64,000 nt of DNA from Pseudomonadota bacterium (lineage in GTDB: Bacteria > Desulfobacterota > Desulfobulbia > Desulfobulbales > SURF-16), in assembly GCA_018897105.1 (NCBI GenBank), contig JAHILF010000092.1:19559-83558 (forward strand), read 5' to 3'. Within the stretch, counting starts at the first letter, position 1, and every line of letters begins with the position of its first letter. The translations under genes were made by a program, and so were the position numbers. Below, one piece after another: positions 1 to 10,049 of the stretch. The notes under the pieces are model-generated. The model was given only the letters and a program-made list of their open reading frames with translations. It did not search any database and was not told the origin of the DNA.

Positions 1-1
1 T

Positions 2-133
2 CCCATGAACGGCAATATTCATGGCAAGTCCATGCATAATGGCGTCTGGCCGCAGGTCTATTATGTAACAACCATGGTCTTGTCCATTATCGTTATTCTT
101 CTCCGGGGGATGGGAAAGAAAAATGCCAGATAA
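2..133 (+). CDS. 3' end of an upstream CDS (partial); function cannot be supported from 43 codons, possibly the membrane-anchored tail of a glycosyltransferase
   Basis: Frame 2 is open from the window edge to TAA at 131-133 (..VYYVTTMVLSIIVILLRGMGKKNAR*). It has a hydrophobic helix then a basic tail and overlaps the next ATG (123) by 11 nt. Confidence 0.3.
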   Translation, partial: PMNGNIHGKSMHNGVWPQVYYVTTMVLSIIVILLRGMGKKNAR

Positions 134-491
134 GCTGATAGTGGTGCTCGGTATATTTTTTATCATTTCTTTCGTCTTTGTCCTGCGAATGATTGTCAAG
201 CATCAATTGCGCGAGGTATACGCCGTTGCCTGGGTTTTTGTGACCTTATCCATCCCGGCAACCATTGTGCTTTTTCCGCTGTTTTCCAAAGTGAGTGCGT
301 ACCTTGGTATCAGCAGCCCGTTTAATCTGGCCGTTTTTGTCGGTTTTGTGATCAGCTTCGGGCTGTTGCTGCATTTTTCCGCTTTAAATTCGGGAATGCA
401 GAGAAATCTGAAGAACTGTATCCAGAAGATTGCCGTTCTTGAGGCGGAGATTAGGGAATTATCGGCAAAACAGTCAAAGAATGACCCATAA
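123..491 (+). CDS. small multi-pass membrane protein, DUF2304-like
   Basis: 122 aa with about 4 hydrophobic helices and a charged C-terminal tail. The N-terminal pattern (VLRMIVKHQLREVYAVAW) resembles DUF2304 proteins, which typically follow a GT2 gene. Assigned by eye only. Confidence 0.5.
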   Translation: MPDKLIVVLGIFFIISFVFVLRMIVKHQLREVYAVAWVFVTLSIPATIVLFPLFSKVSAYLGISSPFNLAVFVGFVISFGLLLHFSALNSGMQRNLKNCIQKIAVLEAEIRELSAKQSKNDP

Positions 492-509
492 AGCGATGAG
501 TACTCTTGT

Positions 510-1169
510 ATGAAAGAATTAGCCGTAGTCACCCCCCTGCACCGACGGACAAAACGTGATTACCTTGGCAGGATGCAGGACGACAAGGTTCACTGCATGC
601 AGACAGCCAAAAAGTTCGACCGGGAGTTCTGGGACGGCGAGCGGCGATATGGTTATGGCGGCTATACTTATGATGGCCGCTGGGCTCAGGTCGCCCGGGC
701 GCTTATCGATATTTACAATTTGCCTGCCAAGGCAAAAATTCTGGATGTGGGTTGCGGCAAGGGATTTCTGCTTTTCGAGTTCAGCCGGCTTTTGCCGGAA
801 GCCGAACTGCATGGTTTTGATATTTCCTCCTATGCCGTCAGCCATGCCAAGGCGGAAATCCGGGACCGTCTCTTTGTCCAAAAGGCCGAAGAGCCCTATG
901 ATTTTGCAGTTGGCTATTTTGATCTGGTTGTTTCCTTGGGAACCCTGCACAACCTGAAAGTGTCGGATCTGGCCGCCGCCTTGGGGGAAGTGGAAAGGGT
1001 GGGTCGGGAAAAATATATCATGGTGGAAAGTTACCGGAACGATGACGAATTATTCAACCTGCAATGCTGGGCGCTGACCTGTGAATCGTTTTTTCGGCCG
1101 GAGGAGTGGCAATGGCTGATGGGCATCTTCGGCTATAAGGGAGATTATGAATTCATTTATTTTGAGTAA
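510..1169 (+). CDS. class I SAM-dependent methyltransferase
   Basis: Motif I ILDVGCGKGFLLFEF and a downstream acidic loop (HGFDIS); 219 aa. Confidence 0.8.
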   Translation: MKELAVVTPLHRRTKRDYLGRMQDDKVHCMQTAKKFDREFWDGERRYGYGGYTYDGRWAQVARALIDIYNLPAKAKILDVGCGKGFLLFEFSRLLPEAELHGFDISSYAVSHAKAEIRDRLFVQKAEEPYDFAVGYFDLVVSLGTLHNLKVSDLAAALGEVERVGREKYIMVESYRNDDELFNLQCWALTCESFFRPEEWQWLMGIFGYKGDYEFIYFE

Positions 1170-1210
1170 GTGCCGGGTGCTGACCGGCAAGCCCCGGAGG
1201 GGATTGTCTT

Positions 1211-3553
1211 GTGACTGATCCCAGCTCTTCTTTTGAGACACATCTGCTCTCCCTCGTCGGAAAAAGGGATGCCGGTGCCATTTTCGCCTTGCTGCATGAG
1301 AACGGCCTGGATATCGGTTCTACCCTGCTCGCTATTTCCAGACAATACCTGGGCCAGAGAAGGGTGGCAGAGGCGGTGTTTTTATTCAAGCTGCTGGTTC
1401 AGGCCATTGACTCGCCCGCTGAACAGATTGAGCTGGCAAGGGTTTATGGAGAAATTTGTCTGCAGATGGGTTGCCCGGTGGAGGGCAGAGAGTGTTATCT
1501 CTGTGTCGGTCTCAATAAAGACATGACCTTCCATGTGTGCCGTACTTTTCAGGATGATTTGGTCGGGCTGGTGGAATATCTCGGTCGCTACGCTGACCGT
1601 TTCCCTGAGACGAATCTGAGTCAGGAGGTCAACGAACTCCTTGATACGCAGATCCAGCAATATTGGAAAAACGAGCAGGGCCGGCAGGAGCGGCAACAGC
1701 TGTTTGATGGAAATTTATCCCTGATTGAATCGCGTTGTCACCCTGCTACTGCAGCAGCCGTGCAGATGCTTTCGGACTACCTTTCACTGCCCAAAGTTCT
1801 GCTGATAAATGGCGTGGTATTGGAATCAATTGCCGGCAAATGGAAGGTTTATGGGCCTGGATATTTGGCGGCGTACCGTGATTTGCCCCGTTGGCAGTTA
1901 GATAATAAAAAAACGCGAGTCGGGATTTACTGCCCTGATGCTGCAGTGCTGTGGGCCTGCCTTGCCGGCCATCAGGTTGAAAGTCAGGTGTTTTATAAAC
2001 CGGGCCGTTTTGTTTACATTGATTTCCGCGTCCTTAATGCCGCCCTGTCCGCATTTTCGTTTGCCCCACTTTTTCAGAGCGATTTCATTTTTGATTTTAT
2101 GGACACCAGAAACCTGCGCGCCTCCTGGCAGAGGTTGTTTTACGCAACTTCAAATATGGTTCCGACACAAGTTATTCTCTTGGATGATCGGCAGGATATC
2201 GTTGAAGAAGTAATAAAAATTACCGCGGAAACCACGGCGCACATCAAAGCGGAGTTGCAACTGACCAGGCGGGAAATCGATCAATATTATTCGGATTATA
2301 CGGGCTCTCGGAATAATAAAAGAGCAAGGCGGATTCTCTTTCTCAGTACCCGGTTTTCAACCTATATCCAGCACAGCATCCGTGACCTGGCTTGGGGGTT
2401 TGAAAAAATCGGCTGCGCAACAGTGATTCTGAAGGAAAATCATTGGGAAGGGGTTGATCTGCGCCAGGATTACATTCAGAACACTATTGCCTCTTTTCTG
2501 CCGGACATGGTTTTTACAATTGACCATCTGCGCTATGAGTTTGATTTTTATGTTCAAGAGGCACTGCCTTTTGTGAGCTGGATACAGGATCCTCTGCCCA
2601 GGCAATTTGATAACAACCAGCCTCCCTTGCGAAAAAATGATTTCGTATTTGCCTATGCGCCCGGGATGAAAGCAATGTTGCAACAAAAATCTAGGGTTAT
2701 GGAGCACCATCCCATCAGGGTGCTGCCGGTTACTGCAAATCCTGATGTTTTTTTCCCTATTGAACATTGTTCGAAAAAATATGATGTTACGTATATTTCA
2801 CATCTTGTTTCGCCTGAAAGTACCTTATTTCCTGTTCTGAACGGGTGGCTTCCTCCTGGTATTTCTTCTAAGACAGAACAGTCGTTTTTAATTCGTCTGG
2901 TGAATGTGCTGGATGAACTGACCTGGAATGAAGTCAAGGAATTGACCGTTGATATCAGTATTACCTGGAACCTGGTAGATCGGATATGTCGGGAGTTTTC
3001 TCTAGAGTGTTCACAGGCCTTACGTGACTTTATTGATTGGCGCAACCCCCTGAAAAAGTCTGCTGAGTTCATGTGGCATGTTTTAACTTTGATGAAGCTT
3101 AAACCTGTGAAGTTTCTCCTTGATCACGGTGTTTCCCTTGCTTTATTTGGAAACAACTGGGAGAAATATTATGATTTTGAGAAGGTAGCCAAGGGACCTG
3201 TAGTCAATGGCTCTTCACTGAACAGGGTCATGAATGAGTCAAAGATAACCCTGAGTTTTAATCCGTCTGTGACCTATCACATGAGAGCGCCGGAAACAAT
3301 TGCCGCCGCTTGTTTCATGATCTCCGGTCGAGTCAAGGAAGATACGATTTCTTTATGTGATTTTTTTGTTGAGGGAGAGGAAGTAGTCCTCGTGGATGAT
3401 GAATTTGATTTGCTGGAAAAGGTTCATTATTTTTTGAAGAATGAGAAAGAAAGAGAGTTTGCTGCCCAGAAGGCATATAACCGTTTCCGCGCTAAATATA
3501 CCGCTGAGGCTAGTTGCCGGAAAGTTCTCGATTGTATTTATGGGACATATTAG
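1211..3553 (+). CDS. large protein with a C-terminal CgeB/DUF3880-like glycosyltransferase domain; the N-terminal ~450 aa are unassigned
   Basis: 780 aa with a GTG start. The C-terminus (KITLSFNP..HMRAPETIAAACFMISGR..GEEVVLVDDEFDLLEKVHYFLKNEKEREFAAQKAYNRFRAKYT) matches the pattern of CgeB-family Glyco_trans_1_2 domains. Confidence 0.55.
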   Translation: MTDPSSSFETHLLSLVGKRDAGAIFALLHENGLDIGSTLLAISRQYLGQRRVAEAVFLFKLLVQAIDSPAEQIELARVYGEICLQMGCPVEGRECYLCVGLNKDMTFHVCRTFQDDLVGLVEYLGRYADRFPETNLSQEVNELLDTQIQQYWKNEQGRQERQQLFDGNLSLIESRCHPATAAAVQMLSDYLSLPKVLLINGVVLESIAGKWKVYGPGYLAAYRDLPRWQLDNKKTRVGIYCPDAAVLWACLAGHQVESQVFYKPGRFVYIDFRVLNAALSAFSFAPLFQSDFIFDFMDTRNLRASWQRLFYATSNMVPTQVILLDDRQDIVEEVIKITAETTAHIKAELQLTRREIDQYYSDYTGSRNNKRARRILFLSTRFSTYIQHSIRDLAWGFEKIGCATVILKENHWEGVDLRQDYIQNTIASFLPDMVFTIDHLRYEFDFYVQEALPFVSWIQDPLPRQFDNNQPPLRKNDFVFAYAPGMKAMLQQKSRVMEHHPIRVLPVTANPDVFFPIEHCSKKYDVTYISHLVSPESTLFPVLNGWLPPGISSKTEQSFLIRLVNVLDELTWNEVKELTVDISITWNLVDRICREFSLECSQALRDFIDWRNPLKKSAEFMWHVLTLMKLKPVKFLLDHGVSLALFGNNWEKYYDFEKVAKGPVVNGSSLNRVMNESKITLSFNPSVTYHMRAPETIAAACFMISGRVKEDTISLCDFFVEGEEVVLVDDEFDLLEKVHYFLKNEKEREFAAQKAYNRFRAKYTAEASCRKVLDCIYGTY

Positions 3554-5209
3554 ATGCAGGATTTGTTTTTTTCGGCAATTCCCAATATCATCGTGCTTCT
3601 CTGCGCAGGATGTCTTTTCCTGAGTATTGCTTCCATTTATTTTTTGTTACGCAACACTCCTTATCCTTATGGTGATGCCTGCTCATTGCTGATTACTTCC
3701 TTTAGCTTCCGGTCCCTGTTGTTTTGGAATAATCATTATCTTGTCTATTGGTTTAAGGAGAACAAACACCCCACACCAGCAGATTTCGGGCAGACACTCA
3801 CCTGTCCTAATTATAGTTTGTTTCTTTTCCTGATGCGACTTTGTTCGGAAGAGAACAGGTATGAAATGACCAAGAAATTGAATCTGTTTCTGCTTTTATG
3901 CTGTGCTTTCATTTGGACCGGCAATCTTTACAATACTTTTGATCAGGTCGAAAATACATTTGTTGTTATCTGTGCGCTGCTTTTTTTTACGTTGATAATG
4001 TCAAGTATGAAAATGCTTACTTTGGCTGTGTTTTGCTTAAGCGATATTGTTAATTTCATACTGCTGGGCATTACAGTTATGTTGGTGCAGTATATCAGCA
4101 TGGCTGCAGATTATTTCTGGCCTTATATTGCTCTTGGGATGGTTGTTGGCTTGGGGATGCGCAACAGGTTTCAAGATTTTTTGGTGCTATTGGCAGTTAT
4201 GTTCTTCCTTTTAGCTGATCATGGCGTTATGTGGTTGGTGGTTGGCGGGATAGCCTTTCTGATGCGGGTGGATATTGTTCTGGCAGACTTTTTGGGAGGA
4301 AATTTTTTTTATAATGTTCGGTCGTTGCTAAACATGTGTTTTAAACCATTTCGGGTCAGGCGGCAAAATGCACAATCAGTCCAAAAGAAGGATAGGGAGA
4401 GAAACTGGTTGGGAATTGCCCGACAGGGATGTTTGACTATCTTGAACCCGATGGCGGAAGATTCCCTTTGGAGGTCCGTAGGAATAGGCCTTCTTTTGTT
4501 ACCATTTTCCATTTATTTTCTTTTACATGGCAATGTGCCTATGGGGCAATACTATGTCTTGCTTCTATACAGTATCGGCCTATGCTGCTCGGGTCTGTTT
4601 GTTCGGCATGTCGCTTTTGGCGGCGGGATGGGGATCCGGGAGACATATTATTTTGGAAACCGGCAGTTTTATATCCTTTTTTTGATTGTGACTTTTATAA
4701 ATTGCTCAGCTTTTGTAGTGCTGCTTCATTCCGCGGCAATGGTTCCAGTTCTTTGTTATCTCATTTATTTTATCAGTTTTGCTATTGCTCAGCAGAGGCG
4801 CTTAGCTGGGTATAAGATCTCTGGGGAGATTTATGAACCAAAATTTATCCGGTATCCGATTAAGCCATACGACTGGATGGTGGAGCAAGGGCAGTTTCTG
4901 AATTCAATAGGTGATTCAGTCGTGGTTCTTGGCTCCTATTTGCAGTTTGGCAACGCTGCTAATTTTTATCATTGGAAAGGGCGTATGAAATTCATTGATT
5001 TGTATTACGAGACTTCTGAATCTTTCATGCAATCCATACTCATCCGGCATCAGGTGACCCATATTCTGGTAAGTCCAAGCTGTTGTTTTAAGAAAATAAT
5101 CAATAAAATTATCAAGGGTGACGGAGAGAGGAATATTTTCCTAGAGCAGATTCAGACGCAATCCCCGGGACTTTCAATATATAAAGTGACCTCTGTCAAA
5201 GGATTATGA
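3554..5209 (+). CDS. polytopic integral membrane protein of unknown function (GT-C/polymerase-like topology is speculative)
   Basis: 551 aa with more than 10 hydrophobic segments followed by a soluble C-terminal region of about 120 aa. The ATG directly follows the upstream TAG (3551-3553). The gene is markedly AT-rich. Confidence 0.6.
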   Translation: MQDLFFSAIPNIIVLLCAGCLFLSIASIYFLLRNTPYPYGDACSLLITSFSFRSLLFWNNHYLVYWFKENKHPTPADFGQTLTCPNYSLFLFLMRLCSEENRYEMTKKLNLFLLLCCAFIWTGNLYNTFDQVENTFVVICALLFFTLIMSSMKMLTLAVFCLSDIVNFILLGITVMLVQYISMAADYFWPYIALGMVVGLGMRNRFQDFLVLLAVMFFLLADHGVMWLVVGGIAFLMRVDIVLADFLGGNFFYNVRSLLNMCFKPFRVRRQNAQSVQKKDRERNWLGIARQGCLTILNPMAEDSLWRSVGIGLLLLPFSIYFLLHGNVPMGQYYVLLLYSIGLCCSGLFVRHVAFGGGMGIRETYYFGNRQFYILFLIVTFINCSAFVVLLHSAAMVPVLCYLIYFISFAIAQQRRLAGYKISGEIYEPKFIRYPIKPYDWMVEQGQFLNSIGDSVVVLGSYLQFGNAANFYHWKGRMKFIDLYYETSESFMQSILIRHQVTHILVSPSCCFKKIINKIIKGDGERNIFLEQIQTQSPGLSIYKVTSVKGL

Positions 5210-5853
5210 AGGTGGCAGCAAGTAAGTTTTTTATCGCTCTCAGTGTTTTTGTCAATTTTGTTTTTTTTGTCATCCTGTTTACTCCATTGACAAAATACCT
5301 GAGTTTTCCTCTCAATGTGGGGCAGGCCCCCCATAAAGCCGAGGTGATAGTGATTTTGGCCTATGATGCCTATGACAGTGAAACAGGCTTTCTCGACTTG
5401 CAATCGAGAGCCAGACTGGAGAAAGGTGCCGATTTGTTTGAAGCGGGATTTGCGCCGAAGATTATCTGTGTCGGTGGGAACAAGTTATTTCGATCAGGCA
5501 AGACATATGGCCAACGCATGAAGGACCTGCTTGTCCGTTATGGAATCCCTGAAGGTACTATTCTTGTTCAGGATGATATTCCGGGGAACTGGGCCTATTA
5601 TGATAACCTCATGGCGATTCTGAAAAAATATGAAGGTGTATTTGATTTTAATAATGCTCTCGTCGTGACTTCTCCCCAAAATACTTATCGAATTCAAAAG
5701 GCATTTAATATGCAAAAGATATTCCCGACCTTGGTGGCATCGGAAAACTACGCTATTACCCCTTATAACTGGCATACTAATTTCAATTTTTTTCACTCGG
5801 TATCCAATGAATATTGCGCCATTTTTTATTTTTGGGTGGCTGATCGTATTTGA
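5206..5853 (+). CDS. YdcF/DUF218 (ElyC/SanA-like) family protein, copy 1
   Basis: N-terminal TM helix, then VIVILAYD..KIICVGG..YGQRMKDLLVRYGIPEGTILVQDD..VVTSPQNTYR, typical of DUF218. ATGA overlap with the upstream stop. Confidence 0.7.
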   Translation: MKVAASKFFIALSVFVNFVFFVILFTPLTKYLSFPLNVGQAPHKAEVIVILAYDAYDSETGFLDLQSRARLEKGADLFEAGFAPKIICVGGNKLFRSGKTYGQRMKDLLVRYGIPEGTILVQDDIPGNWAYYDNLMAILKKYEGVFDFNNALVVTSPQNTYRIQKAFNMQKIFPTLVASENYAITPYNWHTNFNFFHSVSNEYCAIFYFWVADRI

Positions 5854-5914
5854 TCTCACCCGTTAGCCGGAGAGTAAAAGAATTGGCCTGCTGATATCCT
5901 GGAAAGAAGGACTT

Positions 5915-7843
5915 ATGAGAATTTTACTGATTGCACCATCTTACGCCCGGGACCGAAACGCCGGTTATTTTCCAATGGGTATTGCCTATATTTCCTCCTA
6001 CATTCGTCAGTATGGTCATGAGGTGATTCCGTTTAATATGGGCATTCTTGATTATGATCAGCGTCTGGCCACTCTGGAGGAGATTCTTGATCATAATGAA
6101 ATAGAGCTGGTAGGCATTTCTGTCATGACCCTTGGTTTCCTTGAGTGCGAATCCTTAATAAAGATGATTCGGCGGTTGCGTCCCGATTTACCCATTGTGG
6201 TGGGTGGCGACATAACCTCAGGTGAACCGGAAGCGGTATTAGCTGAACTGAGACCGGATTATGGGGTAGTTGGTGAAGGAGAGATTATTTTTACCAATCT
6301 TCTTAAGGCCCTTGAATCCGGATACGATGTATCCGGGGTCAAGGGGATATGGCATTGGTGTGAGGGTGAGCTTCATTATACCGGAGACGGTGAAACGGTC
6401 TCCGACCTTGATACACTGCCTCGCCCGGATATTGATTTGTTTGGTATAAAGGAATATCTCAATATTCAAAGGGAATTTCTCTGGCGCTCTCTGCGCTCCA
6501 CCTATGACCGGAAAAATGTATTGATTGTCTTTGCGAGTCGATCATGTCCTTTCCATTGCACTTTCTGTTATCATGTCGGCCCTTATAAACAGCGTTCCAT
6601 TACTTCCGTAGTCGATGAAATAGAGGATATGGCCCATCGCTATCAGATTTATTCTTTTGATATATACGATGATCTTTTTGCTGTAAAGAAAGAGCGAATT
6701 CATGAGTTTTGCAATCAATTGCAACAGCGCCGGTTAGATATTGATTGGACCATCCAGATGAGAGTGAATCCTTTTGTGGATCAGGAAACTTTGACCCTGA
6801 TGAAGGAAACAGGATGCCGTGAACTTTTCTTTGGCGTGGAGAGTGGTTCCGATACGATTCTGAAAAGCATGCGCAAGGGCATTACAACTAAGCAAATTGC
6901 CAAAGCAATGGAGATGACCAGAAAGGCAAAAATAGGTTGCCTGGGAGCTTTTTTGTTGGGGGATCCAGCAGAAACCGAAGAAACACTTGAGGAATCTTTG
7001 AAGTTTCAGCAGGATAATGAAATGTATTTTTCCCAATGGAGCCCAATTGTTCCCTATCCTGGATCGCAGATCTGGATGCATCTCTGCCGCGAGAAGCTCC
7101 ACACGCCTGAAGCAAAAATAAACTTCATCCGGAAAATATGTAACCCGAATCGCTATTTCTGGAATGATCAGGTTAATTTAACCAGAATGTCGGATGAAAA
7201 ATACTGGGAAATGTATGTTTTTCTTCGGGAGTTGAATGATATAAATTATCGTAAACAAAAGGCTATTTTATTGGGTGGTCAGCAGGCATCACCATATTAT
7301 TCTAAGATGCAATTAGCCTGCCCAAGTTGCATGCAAGAGGTCGAGCATACCATCGTCTATCCAGCTGAGTGTGCTCATGATGGTAACTTGAATTTGGATG
7401 CTGTCATCGGAGTACAGGGTGTCAATATCGTTTGTATGAATTGCCGCCGCGAAATGCATGTGGCAGCCAAGGATATCCCCCATGTGCGAAAGGTCTACAA
7501 TGCTTTTCAACACAGTGTCGATGCATTAAAAATGGAGAACAGAGAGGTGGTTGTCATTCCCGCCTTGGATAGATATAAGCATGTTTTTTTTGAGGATATT
7601 GACATGGATGGCTTGAATGTTGCGGCGGTTTTAGACTCCAGGACTAAAGCAATCGGCAGAGAATTTATGGGCACGGAGGTCTCGGAACTCAATCAGGAGA
7701 ATGTGAAAAGATATGCTGATTGTGCGTTCCTCGTCCTCCCCTGGGTTGAGTACATGAAAGCTGTCAGTTTGTGCGAGCAGCAAGGTGTCAGCTCATATCT
7801 TTCTTGGAATAGGCTTTTTGCGCCTGATTACGGTTTGTTATGA
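5915..7843 (+). CDS. B12-binding-domain radical SAM enzyme (class B rSAM) with a ~200-aa C-terminal extension
   Basis: N-terminal B12-binding pattern (ILLIAPSY..LVGISVMT..IVVGGDITSGEPE) and FASRSCPFHCTFC (CxxxCxxC). The C-terminal Cys4 pattern is CPSC..x38..CMNC. Paralogue of 10050-11975. Confidence 0.9.
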   Translation: MRILLIAPSYARDRNAGYFPMGIAYISSYIRQYGHEVIPFNMGILDYDQRLATLEEILDHNEIELVGISVMTLGFLECESLIKMIRRLRPDLPIVVGGDITSGEPEAVLAELRPDYGVVGEGEIIFTNLLKALESGYDVSGVKGIWHWCEGELHYTGDGETVSDLDTLPRPDIDLFGIKEYLNIQREFLWRSLRSTYDRKNVLIVFASRSCPFHCTFCYHVGPYKQRSITSVVDEIEDMAHRYQIYSFDIYDDLFAVKKERIHEFCNQLQQRRLDIDWTIQMRVNPFVDQETLTLMKETGCRELFFGVESGSDTILKSMRKGITTKQIAKAMEMTRKAKIGCLGAFLLGDPAETEETLEESLKFQQDNEMYFSQWSPIVPYPGSQIWMHLCREKLHTPEAKINFIRKICNPNRYFWNDQVNLTRMSDEKYWEMYVFLRELNDINYRKQKAILLGGQQASPYYSKMQLACPSCMQEVEHTIVYPAECAHDGNLNLDAVIGVQGVNIVCMNCRREMHVAAKDIPHVRKVYNAFQHSVDALKMENREVVVIPALDRYKHVFFEDIDMDGLNVAAVLDSRTKAIGREFMGTEVSELNQENVKRYADCAFLVLPWVEYMKAVSLCEQQGVSSYLSWNRLFAPDYGLL

Positions 7844-7865
7844 TTTCCCTGGTTGTGTTTTGATA

Positions 7866-8888
7866 ATGAGAGCCGCCGAGAACTATTTTAAAGAATTAAC
7901 CTTGGCTCGTGGCATCGCTATTCTTTTGGCTATTTTGGGGAACTCCATTACTACAACGCCCGTTGATATGAAAGTGACGGGTGGCCTATTATTATTGCAT
8001 AATTATATTTACAGTTTTCATATGCATCTTTTCTTTGTTGTGTCCGGCTGCTGTTTAGGTTTGGCTAAACAGGAGAGGTATATCAGGGTGGTGGAGAAAA
8101 AAATAAGCAGACTTTTGATTCCCTATTTACTTTTTAGCTTATTATTTTTCTGCCGATACATGTTCTTTGATCCCTATCATTTAATGCCGGAGATCTGGAG
8201 TTATATTATCCATATCCTTCTCAAAGGTGGAGAATACTGGTTTATTTTTGTGCTTTTTCTGTTTTTCATTATTTATCCGGTCGCAAGTTTTCCTGCCGGA
8301 AAAATTGGGCCCGTGTGCAATATCTTTTTGTTGCTTTTGTTCGCCTATTTTTGTCGAGTCTTTTTTTCTGAGTCATTAATCAACCATGATGCTTTTTATT
8401 TTTTAGTTTATCTGGCTTATTTCCTATCTGGTTATTTTGTTGCACCGTTAGTCTCTTCCTGGTTACGCAACAAGCAGCGCATGCCGCCAATAGTTTTTTG
8501 GGGGGCTTTGCTTCTTTTTCTTTTGATGGGACGTCTGGATCTCCGTTCCCATGATGTTGCCGTCATTATCATAATATTCACCCCTTTTTTCGGGATTGTT
8601 CTCGCTATGCGAATGGCTCAATTTCTTGCCCATACCGGATTCGCAAAGGTTTTTTTATGGTTGGGGAAGTGGTCATTGCAGCTTTATCTTGTTGAAGCTT
8701 TAATCGCGGTGTTTGTCATGTATTTTTATTATGATGTGATGTCGGTAAGGCATTCTTTACTGTTCATGTTGTTATTTTTCCTGTCTAAAATGGTTATTTG
8801 TTATTTGCTGCTGGAATTTGGCATCGGACGATTATCAATTTTGCATAAATTTTGTGGAGTAATTCGACGTAAAGAGGCGGCATTGTAA
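7866..8888 (+). CDS. membrane acyltransferase, acyltransferase_3 family
   Basis: The LARGIAILLAILGN start motif and about 10 TM helices are typical of the O-acyltransferase 3 family. I prefer ATG 7866 (after the upstream stop at 7843) to the track start at 7785. Confidence 0.75.
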   Translation: MRAAENYFKELTLARGIAILLAILGNSITTTPVDMKVTGGLLLLHNYIYSFHMHLFFVVSGCCLGLAKQERYIRVVEKKISRLLIPYLLFSLLFFCRYMFFDPYHLMPEIWSYIIHILLKGGEYWFIFVLFLFFIIYPVASFPAGKIGPVCNIFLLLLFAYFCRVFFSESLINHDAFYFLVYLAYFLSGYFVAPLVSSWLRNKQRMPPIVFWGALLLFLLMGRLDLRSHDVAVIIIIFTPFFGIVLAMRMAQFLAHTGFAKVFLWLGKWSLQLYLVEALIAVFVMYFYYDVMSVRHSLLFMLLFFLSKMVICYLLLEFGIGRLSILHKFCGVIRRKEAAL

Positions 8889-10013
8889 ATGGGGTTGCTT
8901 CGGTTTTTATTGGCACTGGATATTCTTATCTCCCATTTCCCGGCCACAAGTATTGGGCGCTACCTCTTCCTTGATGATGCGGTTGCTGTGAAAACATTTT
9001 TTATCTTATCCGGGTTTTACATAAGTCTGATTCTGTCGGAGAAGTATAATACTCCAGGGGGATATCGGGTTTATCTGACCAACCGATTTTTGCGATTGCT
9101 TCCCGCCTTCTGGGTTGTTCTGCTGTTGACCATAATTGGCTCCGGGGTGAGCGGGATTTTTTTTGACAATTGGGGGAGGCTGTTACCCTACCTGGATTAC
9201 TGGGATAAAATGACCTGGGAGGCAAGCGGTTATCTGATTATCTCAAATATCTTCCTGGTGGGGCAGGATTTGATTCGGTTTATGTTTCTCGATCTTGCCA
9301 ATGGTACGCTGGGTTTGACCCCTGATTACATGGGGCATACCCCAATTATGGCAACTTTCATGTTTGTCCCGCAGGCCTGGTCCCTAGGCATTGAATTGGT
9401 CTTTTATGCCGTGGCTCCACTTTTTGTCTCACGGGATCAAAGGGTGCTGGTTATCCTGCTTGTCGCGATCCTTGGGGGACGATATTGGTTTACTTCCATG
9501 TGGCAACTCCCCCAGGAACCCTGGAAGTATGGTTTTTTCCCTTTTGAACTTTCAATGTTCATTCTGGGAATCCTGGCATACCAGGTTTATCTGAAAATCA
9601 GAGATCGTCATATTCCAAAGTCATTTTTCTGGGGACTTTATTTATTTGTCGTCTTTGTTACCCTGATTTGGGATTTCCTGCCTGGGATAACAATAAAAAC
9701 AAATAGTTATTACGGTCTTTTTTCCCTTGCTCTTCCATTCTTATTTGCAGGGAGACAGGATGGATGGCTTCAGAGGAAATTAGGGGATCTTTCTTATCCA
9801 ATCTACGTGTCTCACATCCTGGTGCGTGATGTATTGTTGGTCCTCTGTCAGTCGAGCCTGCTAGTCCCCTATGTGGGAATCCTTTCAGCCATAGCAACGA
9901 TGATTTTTTCTATTGCCCTGCATCATTTTATTGTTATGCCCATTGAAACGTATCGTCAGCAGCGGGCCTTATCAATTCGGAATAATTTGAGATATGCCGC
10001 ACTTGGTAAATAG
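8889..10013 (+). CDS. membrane acyltransferase, acyltransferase_3 family
   Basis: LRFLLALDILISH..VKTFFILSGFYISL is a conserved acyltransferase_3 N-terminus, and the protein is multi-TM. The ATG abuts the upstream TAA. Confidence 0.8.
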   Translation: MGLLRFLLALDILISHFPATSIGRYLFLDDAVAVKTFFILSGFYISLILSEKYNTPGGYRVYLTNRFLRLLPAFWVVLLLTIIGSGVSGIFFDNWGRLLPYLDYWDKMTWEASGYLIISNIFLVGQDLIRFMFLDLANGTLGLTPDYMGHTPIMATFMFVPQAWSLGIELVFYAVAPLFVSRDQRVLVILLVAILGGRYWFTSMWQLPQEPWKYGFFPFELSMFILGILAYQVYLKIRDRHIPKSFFWGLYLFVVFVTLIWDFLPGITIKTNSYYGLFSLALPFLFAGRQDGWLQRKLGDLSYPIYVSHILVRDVLLVLCQSSLLVPYVGILSAIATMIFSIALHHFIVMPIETYRQQRALSIRNNLRYAALGK

Positions 10014-10049
10014 TTATTCAAGAATAGTTTGACCATAAAGAGAAATAAA

